Origin: a bacterium
GTDB lineage: Bacteria > Bacteroidota > Bacteroidia > Bacteroidales > P3
Length of the DNA stretch: 64,000 nt
Reading direction: 5' to 3'
Assembly (NCBI GenBank): GCA_014802725.1
Contig: JAAVBS010000006.1
Location: 94,625 to 158,624, forward strand
Part shown: piece after piece, positions 43,103-51,838 of the stretch
How the letters are laid out: each line of letters starts with the position of its first letter
Numbering within the stretch: position 1 is the stretch's first letter
Translations under genes and position numbers: made by a program
The notes under the pieces: model-generated
Databases searched by the model: none
Told to the model about the DNA's origin: nothing
The model's input: only the letters and a program-made list of their open reading frames with translations

Positions 43103-45538
43103 ATGTTTCGGTCTGACACAAGCCTGAACCGGCACAGACCGAAAGGTTCCGGTTTCCGCCAATGGGGAAAACGGGTTTGCCTTTGCCTGACCCTGTGTAC
43201 CGGTTGTTTGATGTTTCCTTGGCGGATACAGGCACAGACCGCCGCCTCTGTCCGTGTTCACGGTATTGTGCGCGACGCCGACAACGGCGAGGCTTTGCCG
43301 CAGGCCGCCCTCTGGATACCGGCCTTGCAGAGCGGTACGGTCACGGATGCCCAAGGCAAATTCGACTGCCGCATTCCCGCCGGTACTTACGTTCTCGAAG
43401 TGCGCTTTTTAGGCTATGAAACGCGCCATGACACGCTGCGCCTCAACCGCGACCGTGCGCTGACGTTCGACCTCCACAGCACGGCCCGTCAGCTGAGCGG
43501 CGTTGAAATCAAAAGCCGCCAGAGCCAACAGTTGCGCAACAACATTGTCGGCATGGAGCAACTCAGCATGGCCTCCATCAAAAAGTTGCCCACACTTTTG
43601 GGCGAGGCCGACCTGCTCAAATCGGTACAGTTCCTGCCCGGCATCATCATGACGTCGGAAGGCAGTTCGGGCTTCAGTGTCAGGGGCGGGTCACCCGACC
43701 AGAATTTCATTCTGCTCGATCACGCGCCGATTTACAATCCGTCGCACGCGCTCGGCTTCTTTTCGATTTTCAACAACGACGTCATCGAGGGCGCGACGGT
43801 CTATAAGGGTGACATGCCCATGCAATTCGGCGGCCGGCTGTCGTCGGTCATTGACGCCACGATGCGCGAAGGTGACTACCGCCGTTACCATATCACGGGC
43901 GGCATCGGGTTGCTGTTGACGCGCCTAACCGTAGAAGGCCCCATCGTGAACGACCGGCTCTCGTTTTTGGTTTCCGGCCGCCGGACCTATTTCGACGCTT
44001 TCCTGCCGCTGTTCGACATAGACGGCGTAAAGCTGTATTTCTACGACGCCAACGCCAAACTCTCGTTCCGAAGCCGCAACCGCAAAGACAAACTGACGCT
44101 TTCGGGCTACATGGGGCGCGACGTGGCCGGCATGAACATCATGCACGCCATCGCCGACTACGGCAACAAAGCCCTTGACCTGAGCTGGCACCATTTTTTC
44201 TCCGACGATTTCGTCATGACCGTCTCGGGCATCGTCAGCGACTACCGCTATAAAATGGGCCTGGCGTCCGAAATGTTCACACTGGATTGGGACGCGCATA
44301 CGACCGACTACGGCGGACAGGTGGATTTCCTCTATACGCTCGGCAAGCATACGCTCCGCTTCGGCCTATCATCCACCTACCACATTTACGACCCCGGCGA
44401 CGTGAACGTCAATATGCTCGAAAGCATGGGTTTCATTGACTCGAACGTAAATTGGAGCTACGAACAGGAACGCTTCCATGCATTGGAAAACGCGCTTTAT
44501 ATCGGCAACGAACAGGCCATAGGCGACCACATCCTGCTGAAATACGGTCTGCGCCTGAGTTCGTTCAGCAATATCGGCGCCGACTCCGTTTACTACTTCA
44601 GCGGCGACGGTTATTACCGCGAAGGGGGCGTGAGCGAGGCGCGTTATTATCCCAAAGGGAAATTCTACCACACCTACTGGGGCATCGAGCCGCGCGTGGG
44701 CCTGAGTTGGCTGATCGACAGCACGATGAGCCTCAAGCTGAACTATGCCCGCACGATGCAATACACCCAGATGGCGCAGAACTCCACGTCGGGCAATCCG
44801 CTGGACGTTTGGTTTCCGGCCAATCCGACCTTGTTGCCTCAAATCGCCGATCAGGGCGCACTCAGTTTTGAAAAGCATTTCAAAGACGGCGAATGGGAAA
44901 CCTCCATCGAATTTTACTACCGCTACCTGCAGAACGTCGTCGATTTCAAGGACCATGCCGAGGTGCTGGGCAACCGCTATCTCTACGGCGAGGTACGTTC
45001 CGGCACGGGACAGGCCTACGGCATGGAAGTGTCGCTCAAACGCACGCGCGGCATCGTGAACGGTTCGCTCAGCTATACGCTCTCCAAATCGACGCGCCGC
45101 ATAGCGGGTGTGAACCGCGGCGAGACCTACCCCTCGCCTTACGACCGGCCGCACGCACTGACCGTTTTGCTGAACATAGAGCCGCACCCGCGCCACAGCA
45201 TCAACCTCAACTGGGTATTCTATTCCGGTCTGCCGACGAATTTTCCGCACGGTAAGGCCGTGATTGACGGCGAATGGGTGCCGATTTACGGCGACCGCAA
45301 CTGCGACCGCATGCCCGACTACCACCGCTTGGACATCGGCTACACGTTCCGCGCCAAACCCGACCCGAACCGCCGCTTTACCTGGGACCTTTCGGTGGGC
45401 TGTTACAATGTATATGCGCGCAAGAACCCGTGGACGATCAGTTTCAAACAAGACGAAGAAAACCCCGGCCGTTCGTATGCGGAGATGATATACCTGTTCT
45501 CGGCGGTGCCTTCCATAACCTTTAATTTCAGATGGTAA
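43103..45538 (+). CDS. TonB-dependent outer-membrane receptor with an N-terminal carboxypeptidase-regulatory-like domain
   Basis: 811 aa. CarbopepD_reg-like VHGIVRDADNGEALPQAALWI...GTVTDAQGKF, a plug-domain region, and a C-terminal beta-barrel ending ...ITFNFRW. Confidence 0.8.
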   Translation: MFRSDTSLNRHRPKGSGFRQWGKRVCLCLTLCTGCLMFPWRIQAQTAASVRVHGIVRDADNGEALPQAALWIPALQSGTVTDAQGKFDCRIPAGTYVLEVRFLGYETRHDTLRLNRDRALTFDLHSTARQLSGVEIKSRQSQQLRNNIVGMEQLSMASIKKLPTLLGEADLLKSVQFLPGIIMTSEGSSGFSVRGGSPDQNFILLDHAPIYNPSHALGFFSIFNNDVIEGATVYKGDMPMQFGGRLSSVIDATMREGDYRRYHITGGIGLLLTRLTVEGPIVNDRLSFLVSGRRTYFDAFLPLFDIDGVKLYFYDANAKLSFRSRNRKDKLTLSGYMGRDVAGMNIMHAIADYGNKALDLSWHHFFSDDFVMTVSGIVSDYRYKMGLASEMFTLDWDAHTTDYGGQVDFLYTLGKHTLRFGLSSTYHIYDPGDVNVNMLESMGFIDSNVNWSYEQERFHALENALYIGNEQAIGDHILLKYGLRLSSFSNIGADSVYYFSGDGYYREGGVSEARYYPKGKFYHTYWGIEPRVGLSWLIDSTMSLKLNYARTMQYTQMAQNSTSGNPLDVWFPANPTLLPQIADQGALSFEKHFKDGEWETSIEFYYRYLQNVVDFKDHAEVLGNRYLYGEVRSGTGQAYGMEVSLKRTRGIVNGSLSYTLSKSTRRIAGVNRGETYPSPYDRPHALTVLLNIEPHPRHSINLNWVFYSGLPTNFPHGKAVIDGEWVPIYGDRNCDRMPDYHRLDIGYTFRAKPDPNRRFTWDLSVGCYNVYARKNPWTISFKQDEENPGRSYAEMIYLFSAVPSITFNFRW

Positions 45539-46431
45539 CGATGCGTAAGATACGGAAGATAACATACGGCATGGCTTTGCTGACAGGCCTCGCATTGGGC
45601 ATGACGGCCTGCACGGACGAAATCGACATCGACCTCAAGGGTGGCGACGCGCCGATACTGGTGGTGGACGCCCGCCTGACGACCGACACGATACGACATA
45701 CCGTTTTGCTGAGCCGCAGTTCGGATTACTATGACCCGACTACCGCGGATCTGGCCGTGAGCGGCGCAACAGTATATATAACCGACGGCGAGCGCCGTTT
45801 CGACTTTGCCGAAGATCCGGCCGCACCCGGCGTTTACCGCAGCTTGGACACCTTTGCCGGACGGATGGGCGTGCACTACGAACTCTTTATCCAAAACGTG
45901 GACGCGGACCGTGACGGGCAGACGGAATCCTATACGGCCGAAAGCACGATGCCGTTCGCGAACGCCATTGACTCGATCCAAGCCGTTTACGGCCCCGCCT
46001 TGCCGCCGGCCATCGTACCGGATCCGGGGCGCATGGGCTGGAACATCTTACTCTATGCCCAGGACCCGCCTCAAAAAGATTACTATCTAACGACGGTGAG
46101 CGTGAACGGCGTGACACCCTATCCCCAACTGACCGAGATGACGCGCCTGTCGGACGACTTTATCCAAGGGCTTTACATCAACGGGGTGCAGATTTATTTT
46201 TTCGCCGACAACGGGGATATGCCGCTCTCGCCCGGTGATTCCGTCTGCGTCGAGATATGGGGGGCGACGCACGGCTTCGACGAATATATCTCGGACTTAC
46301 AAGATGCCCTCGCACCCGCCATGCCGATGTTCGGCGGCGCGCCCGCCAACGCGCGCGGCAACCTGTCGGGCGGTGCCTTCGGCTTCTTTGCCACCTATAC
46401 GGTGAGCCGCGCCGGCGTCGTCTTGAAATAA
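45532..46431 (+). CDS. DUF4249-family lipoprotein (usual partner of this TonB-receptor subtype)
   Basis: 299 aa. Lipoprotein signal LTGLALGMTAC, then DEIDIDL...PILVVDA, typical of DUF4249 as I recall it. An alternative start at 45541 is possible. Confidence 0.6.
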   Translation: MVTMRKIRKITYGMALLTGLALGMTACTDEIDIDLKGGDAPILVVDARLTTDTIRHTVLLSRSSDYYDPTTADLAVSGATVYITDGERRFDFAEDPAAPGVYRSLDTFAGRMGVHYELFIQNVDADRDGQTESYTAESTMPFANAIDSIQAVYGPALPPAIVPDPGRMGWNILLYAQDPPQKDYYLTTVSVNGVTPYPQLTEMTRLSDDFIQGLYINGVQIYFFADNGDMPLSPGDSVCVEIWGATHGFDEYISDLQDALAPAMPMFGGAPANARGNLSGGAFGFFATYTVSRAGVVLK

Positions 46432-46445
46432 ACCGTTTTTTTTGC

Positions 46446-46453
46446 TATCTTTG
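46446..46453 (+). promoter_or_regulatory. Candidate -7 promoter box (TATCTTTG) for the holB-led cluster
   Basis: TAnnTTTG match, 32 nt upstream of the holB ATG. Confidence 0.35.
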
Positions 46454-46484
46454 TTAGTTTATTGACAGGATAGTTTAAGAACGG

Positions 46485-47666
46485 ATGCGATTTCGCGATA
46501 TCATAGGACAGAAGCCGCTCATAGAGCGTCTAATCGCTTCGGCGCAAGCCGGGCGCATCGCGCACGCGCAGTTGTTTTCCGGCCCGGAGGGCAATCAGAA
46601 GTTGCCGTTGGCGTTGGCCTACGCCCAATTCCTGAACTGCCGGCACAAGGTGACGGCGGCCGAAGCCGACTTGGGCGGCCTTTCGGCCGATTCCTGCGGG
46701 CAATGCCCGTCTTGCGTCAAGTTTGAACGGCTGGCGCATCCCGACCTGCATTTCTTTTTTCCGAACAACATCGGCGAATTGGTCAAGAAAGACGCCCAAA
46801 GCACCGATTACCTGCCGCTCTGGCGCGAATTCGGCCTCAAAAACCGCATGGAATTCAGCCTCAACGACTGGATTGAAGCCATGAACATCGGGCAACGGCA
46901 AGCCATCATCAACATCCGCGACTGCCATACGCTCATCGAACAGCTCGCGCTCAAAAGCTGCGAGGCGGACTACCGCGTCGTGGTGCTGTGGATGGCCGAA
47001 AAAATCAGCGACACGATTTCCTCCACGCTGCTCAAGACGCTGGAAGAACCCGAACCGCAGACGCTGTTCCTGCTCGTTTCCGAAAACCCCGACCAGATTT
47101 CGGCCACGATCCTCTCGCGCACGCAAATCGTACAAGTGCCCGCGCTGAGTACCGAAGACCTGTGTAGCGGCCTGGTGACGCACTACGGGCTGACGGAGGC
47201 CGAAGCGCAACCGCTGGCCGAAGCCGCGCACGGTAACCTCTGCCGCGCGTTGGCCGATTGGCGCGGACACGAGGGCGAAGAACAGCACGAGGCCTATTTT
47301 ACGCGCTGGATGCGCGCCTGCTACAAGGCCGACGTGCCCGACCTGCTGGATTTGAGCGAACAATTGGCACGCTTAGGGCGTGAACCGCTGCGGCTGTTCC
47401 TGCGCTTTTCGCTGGAAAAGATACGGCTATGCCTGCTGTGCCACGAAGGCTGCGGCATCATGGCGCAACTGCCGGCCGACCAACAGGCCTTTATCCGCAA
47501 CTTCTCCCCTTTCATCACGGCCGGAAACGCGCCGAACTACTACCGCATCATCAACGACGCCATTTATTTTGTGGCGCGGAACGCAAATATAGCCAACCTC
47601 ATGACGGACGCCTCCCTGCAGATATGCCGGTTGATGGCCGCTGAAAAAAAGAAGAAAAATGCCTGA
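46485..47666 (+). CDS. holB: DNA polymerase III subunit delta-prime (clamp-loader AAA+ protein)
   Basis: 393 aa. IGQ......L......GRIAHAQLFSGPEG, a zinc-module-like CGQCPSC, and a sensor region SRTQ. Confidence 0.8.
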   Translation: MRFRDIIGQKPLIERLIASAQAGRIAHAQLFSGPEGNQKLPLALAYAQFLNCRHKVTAAEADLGGLSADSCGQCPSCVKFERLAHPDLHFFFPNNIGELVKKDAQSTDYLPLWREFGLKNRMEFSLNDWIEAMNIGQRQAIINIRDCHTLIEQLALKSCEADYRVVVLWMAEKISDTISSTLLKTLEEPEPQTLFLLVSENPDQISATILSRTQIVQVPALSTEDLCSGLVTHYGLTEAEAQPLAEAAHGNLCRALADWRGHEGEEQHEAYFTRWMRACYKADVPDLLDLSEQLARLGREPLRLFLRFSLEKIRLCLLCHEGCGIMAQLPADQQAFIRNFSPFITAGNAPNYYRIINDAIYFVARNANIANLMTDASLQICRLMAAEKKKKNA

Positions 47667-49059
47667 ATATACCGAAAGCGAGAATTTCAGACCCGAAACC
47701 GAAGCGGAAGCGGTGGAACCCGAAGTGTTCCTACGCAAGACCGTTGAGGAAAACATCTACAACAGCCGGGGCTGCGCCCATGCACCCTCCTTGCAGGACA
47801 CGCCCTGCGACCGCAGCCGCCAGATGAGTTGCTGCGCGCAGATGCACGCCTACAACTGGACCGATACGCTCGGCAACCTGCCTTCGCCCGACCCGTTCGA
47901 TTTGGTGGAAGTACGGTTCAAGAACACGCACAAAGACTTTTTCCGTTTGCCGACCGATATGAACGAGACCTATGAATGCGGCGACATCGTGGCCGTGGAA
48001 GGCAACTCGGGGCACGACATCGGCATCATCTGCCTGCGCGGCGAGCTGGCCCGCATGCAGGCCAAGAACAAAGGCATCGACCCGCTTTCGCCGCAAATCA
48101 AGAAGGTTTATCGCAAGGCCAGGCCTAACGACATCGACAAATGGCTGGAGACCATCCGCATCGAGAAGGAGACGCAACGGCGCGCCCGCGTCATTGCGGC
48201 CGAACTCGGCCTGGACATGAAAATCAACAATGTGGAATATCAGGGTGATTTCACGAAAGCCATCTTCTACTACACGGCCGACGACCGCGTGGATTTCCGG
48301 CAGCTCATCAAACTCTACGCCGAGGAATTTAAGGTGCGCATCGAGATGAAACAAATCGGGGCGCGGCAGGAAGCCGGCAACATAGGCGGCATCGGCTCGT
48401 GCGGGCGCGAACTCTGCTGCGTGACCTTCCTGCACAACTTTACGTCGGTGAGCACGCACGCCGCCCGCGTGCAACAGGTTTCGCTCAATCCGCAGAAACT
48501 GGCCGGCCAATGCAGCAAACTAAAATGCTGCCTCAACTACGAATACGAGACGTATATCGACTTGCAGAAGAGCATGCCCGACGCCCGCACGCCGATTATA
48601 ACCGAAAAGGGCAAGGCCAAATGCATCAAAACGGATATCCTGAACCACAAGATGACTTACGTGTATGAGGATGAGCCGAACCGCTACATCAACGTGGATG
48701 CGGAAGAGGCCGCCCGGTTGATTGAAGCCAACCGCCGCGGCGAGACGCCGGCCGACCTGAAGAGCAGCCAGACGGAAGTGGAGCTGACTCCGGAGGAGGT
48801 ACAATTCTCGAACGTGGTGGGGCAAGACGACCTGACACGCTTTGACAAACCGAACAAGGGCAACCGTTCGAACCGCAAGAAACGGAACGGCGGCTCGCCG
48901 CGGAACGAGAAAGCCGGCAAACCCGTGCCGGTTCAGAGCAAACCCGTGCCGGTGAACAAACCGGCCGAAAACAAGCCGAAACAGGAGAAGCGCGCGCCAA
49001 AACCCATCGGCAAACCTATTTTAAAACCCAAAACGCCCGGCGATGCAAACGCACAATAA
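47659..49059 (+). CDS. PSP1-domain protein (RicT/YaaT family) with a Cys-rich N-terminal region and a Lys/Pro-rich tail
   Basis: 466 aa. PSP1 C-terminal domain pattern (VEVRFKN....F......GD.V.VE...G.D.G......KLKCCLNYE). Overlaps holB by 8 nt. Confidence 0.75.
   Translation: MPEYTESENFRPETEAEAVEPEVFLRKTVEENIYNSRGCAHAPSLQDTPCDRSRQMSCCAQMHAYNWTDTLGNLPSPDPFDLVEVRFKNTHKDFFRLPTDMNETYECGDIVAVEGNSGHDIGIICLRGELARMQAKNKGIDPLSPQIKKVYRKARPNDIDKWLETIRIEKETQRRARVIAAELGLDMKINNVEYQGDFTKAIFYYTADDRVDFRQLIKLYAEEFKVRIEMKQIGARQEAGNIGGIGSCGRELCCVTFLHNFTSVSTHAARVQQVSLNPQKLAGQCSKLKCCLNYEYETYIDLQKSMPDARTPIITEKGKAKCIKTDILNHKMTYVYEDEPNRYINVDAEEAARLIEANRRGETPADLKSSQTEVELTPEEVQFSNVVGQDDLTRFDKPNKGNRSNRKKRNGGSPRNEKAGKPVPVQSKPVPVNKPAENKPKQEKRAPKPIGKPILKPKTPGDANAQ
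48918..48953 (+). repeat. In-frame 15-nt exact direct repeat with 21-nt period (CAAACCCGTGCCGGT x2), encoding KPVPV(Q/N)
   Basis: Identical 15-mers at 48918-48932 and 48939-48953, inside the low-complexity tail of the PSP1 protein. Confidence 0.8.
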
Positions 49060-49531
49060 CCTCATGCGCTGCCTGACGGTGGGGACGCTCGGCCTCGGAC
49101 TGGCCCTCCTGGCCGTGGCTTGCGGCCGCGACACCGTATTGAGCCGTAGCCAAGCCCTGCCCGAAGCCGGTTGGGCCCGCAAGCACGCGATTCCTTTTGA
49201 ATTCGAGATACAGGATACGGCGCGCGCCTACCGTTTGGATTTTTCCGTGCGTCACGATCAGGAATACCCGTTCATGAACGCGTTTTTCTTAATATATACC
49301 ACCTTCCCCGACCGAACCGTTGCGATAGACACGCTTGAATGTATTTTGGCCGACTACCGCGGCAAATGGACGGGGCATGGCGCAGGCCGTTACAAATCGG
49401 CCGATTTCGTTGTCAAACCCGAACTGTATTTTCCGATGGCCGGCCGCTACCGCATGGAAGTGAAGCAAGCGTTGCGCATGGACACGGTCAAACATATCAG
49501 CCATATAGGCTTACATATACACGCCAACTAA
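49043..49531 (+). CDS. gldH: GldH-family lipoprotein (gliding motility/T9SS-associated family)
   Basis: 162 aa. Lipoprotein signal LGLALLAVAC. The size, the F.F.I.D....Y.......R....YPF.N pattern and the position after the PSP1 gene fit my recollection of GldH. An alternative start at 49064 is possible. Confidence 0.55.
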   Translation: MQTHNNLMRCLTVGTLGLGLALLAVACGRDTVLSRSQALPEAGWARKHAIPFEFEIQDTARAYRLDFSVRHDQEYPFMNAFFLIYTTFPDRTVAIDTLECILADYRGKWTGHGAGRYKSADFVVKPELYFPMAGRYRMEVKQALRMDTVKHISHIGLHIHAN

Positions 49532-49532
49532 C

Positions 49533-51758
49533 ATGAAAAAGACGCTTTGGCTCATCTTCGGCGGATGTATCCTTTTCGTCGTATTGTTTTTTGTCGGGCT
49601 TTCGTACGGATTGTTCGGCTTCATGCCCTCGTTCGAAGACCTCGAAAACCCGGAAAGCAACCTGGCTTCGGAAATCATTTCTTCCGACCAACAGATTTTA
49701 GGCACTTACTTTATCGAGAACCGCACGAACGTGGACTACTCCGAACTGTCGCCCTACCTCGTGGACGCGCTTATCGCCACGGAGGACGTGCGTTTTTACC
49801 GGCACAGCGGTGTGGACCTCAAATCGCTGTTCCGCGTGGCCGGCAAAACGATTATCGGCGGTAACCGCAACAGCGGCGGCGGCAGTACGATAACGCAACA
49901 GCTGGCCAAAAACCTTTTTCCGCGCAAGCAACTCAACAAGCTGTCGTTGGCCGTCCGCAAACTCAAGGAATGGGTCATCGCGGTCAAACTGGAACGCAAC
50001 TATACGAAAGAGGAAATCATCGCAATGTATTTCAACACCGTGGAATTCGGAAACAACTCTTTCGGCATCCGCACGGCCGCCCAAACCTACTTTGGCAAAG
50101 ACCCGATCGATTTGACGCTCGAAGAATCGGCCATGCTCGTGGGCATGCTCAAGGCCACGACGCTTTACAACCCCGTGCGCAATCCCGAAAACGCGACCAC
50201 ACGCCGCAACGTGGTGATGCACCAAATGCTCAAAGCCGACCTCATCCCGCAAGCGGTTTACGATTCCTGCAAGTTGCTTCCCCTCGATATGTCGAACTTC
50301 TCGCAACAGGACCATCAATACGGCCTTGCGACTTATTTCCGCGAATACCTGCGCCAACAGATGCTGACTTGGTGCGCCAATCACCGCAAACCCGACGGAA
50401 AGCCTTACAACCTTTATAAAGACGGGCTCAAAATCCACACGACCATCAACGCCCGTATGCAGGCCTATGCCGAAGAAGCCGTGGCCGAATGGTTGGGCGG
50501 CGAACTGCAACCCGACTTTTACGCGCATCTGAAAGGCAAGCCGAACGCGCCCTTCGTCAACGTGACGAAAGCCGAAGTGCAACGGTTTATGACCAATGCC
50601 ATGCGGCTGTCCGACCGCTACCGCAACCTCAAGAAAGAAGGGGCCACCGATGAGGAAATCATGGCGAACTTTAAGACCAAGACCAAAATGAAGGTCTTTT
50701 CGTGGCAGGGTGAAATCGACACGGTGATGAGCCCTTGGGATTCGCTGTGGTACCACAAGTGGTTTTTGCATTGCGGCCTGATGTCGGTTGAACCGCAAAC
50801 CGGTTACGTACGCGCCTACGTAGGCGGTATCAACTACAAATATTTCCAATACGACAACGTTTCGCAAGGCGAACGTCAGGTAGGTTCCACTTTCAAACCG
50901 TTTGTATATACACTTGCCATGCAGGAGGGTGAATTCGCGCCCTGCACGCAGGTGCCGAACGTACCCGTCTGCATCTCGCAACCCGGACAGGACGATTGGT
51001 GTCCCAAGAACTCCGGACATGAACGGGAAGGCGAAATGGTAAGCCTGCGTTGGGCCTTGGCGCATTCGGTCAACTTCGTGACCGCCTTCCTCATCAAGCG
51101 GTTCCCGCCGGAGGCCGTCATCGCGCTGGCCCGCAAGATGGGCGTTACGGCCCCGATGGAAGCCGTGCCCTCCATCTGCCTCGGTACGATGGATATTTCC
51201 GTCAAGGAAATGACGGCGGCCATGGCGACTTACGCCAACAAGGGCATCCACTGCGACCCGATGTTCATCACGCGCATAGAAGACAAACACGGTGTCATTT
51301 TGGAAGAATTTTCGCCGGTGCAGCAGGAAGCCATGGACGAACAGACGGCCTATCTGATGATAGACCTGATGAAAGGCGTGGTGGAAGAAGGCAGCGGCAT
51401 ACGGCTTCGTTTCAAGTACGGCCTGACCCAACCCATTGCCGGCAAGACCGGCACGACGCAGAACCATTCGGACGCCTGGTTTATGGGCATTACCCCCACG
51501 TTGACCACTGGCGTTTGGGTGGGCGGCGAATTACGGTCGATTCACTTTACGAGCATGACCTACGGTCAGGGGGCGCGTGCCGCCCTGCCGATTTGGGGTC
51601 TTTATATGCAGAAAATCTATGCCGACTCCACGTTGAACTTCCCGCAGGACGACTTTGAAAAGCCGGACTATCTGTCGGTGGATATCTACTGCAAGCAGGA
51701 CAAGACACATCAGGACGAAGACGCGGAAAACGATGTGGAAGAGTCGCCTGAGATGTAA
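49533..51758 (+). CDS. Class A penicillin-binding protein (PBP1A: glycosyltransferase plus transpeptidase)
   Basis: 741 aa. GT51 motifs EDVRFYRHSGVD and GGSTITQQLAKN. Transpeptidase motifs STFKP, SGH(N)-like and KTGTT. Confidence 0.9.
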   Translation: MKKTLWLIFGGCILFVVLFFVGLSYGLFGFMPSFEDLENPESNLASEIISSDQQILGTYFIENRTNVDYSELSPYLVDALIATEDVRFYRHSGVDLKSLFRVAGKTIIGGNRNSGGGSTITQQLAKNLFPRKQLNKLSLAVRKLKEWVIAVKLERNYTKEEIIAMYFNTVEFGNNSFGIRTAAQTYFGKDPIDLTLEESAMLVGMLKATTLYNPVRNPENATTRRNVVMHQMLKADLIPQAVYDSCKLLPLDMSNFSQQDHQYGLATYFREYLRQQMLTWCANHRKPDGKPYNLYKDGLKIHTTINARMQAYAEEAVAEWLGGELQPDFYAHLKGKPNAPFVNVTKAEVQRFMTNAMRLSDRYRNLKKEGATDEEIMANFKTKTKMKVFSWQGEIDTVMSPWDSLWYHKWFLHCGLMSVEPQTGYVRAYVGGINYKYFQYDNVSQGERQVGSTFKPFVYTLAMQEGEFAPCTQVPNVPVCISQPGQDDWCPKNSGHEREGEMVSLRWALAHSVNFVTAFLIKRFPPEAVIALARKMGVTAPMEAVPSICLGTMDISVKEMTAAMATYANKGIHCDPMFITRIEDKHGVILEEFSPVQQEAMDEQTAYLMIDLMKGVVEEGSGIRLRFKYGLTQPIAGKTGTTQNHSDAWFMGITPTLTTGVWVGGELRSIHFTSMTYGQGARAALPIWGLYMQKIYADSTLNFPQDDFEKPDYLSVDIYCKQDKTHQDEDAENDVEESPEM

Positions 51759-51838
51759 TCCCTAAGACTGAGATTCAAGGGAATAACTAATCCCGAATCC
51801 CGGAAATAACGCAGCAGATTAACCTTTATGACGCTCCG

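Noticed and set aside
51759-51838. A possible bidirectional terminator between the convergent PBP1A and murF-alr genes.
   Set aside because: Only weak 4-5 bp stems are present (TCCCT..AGGGA, GGGA..TCCC) with no adjacent U-tracts, which is not enough to call a feature.
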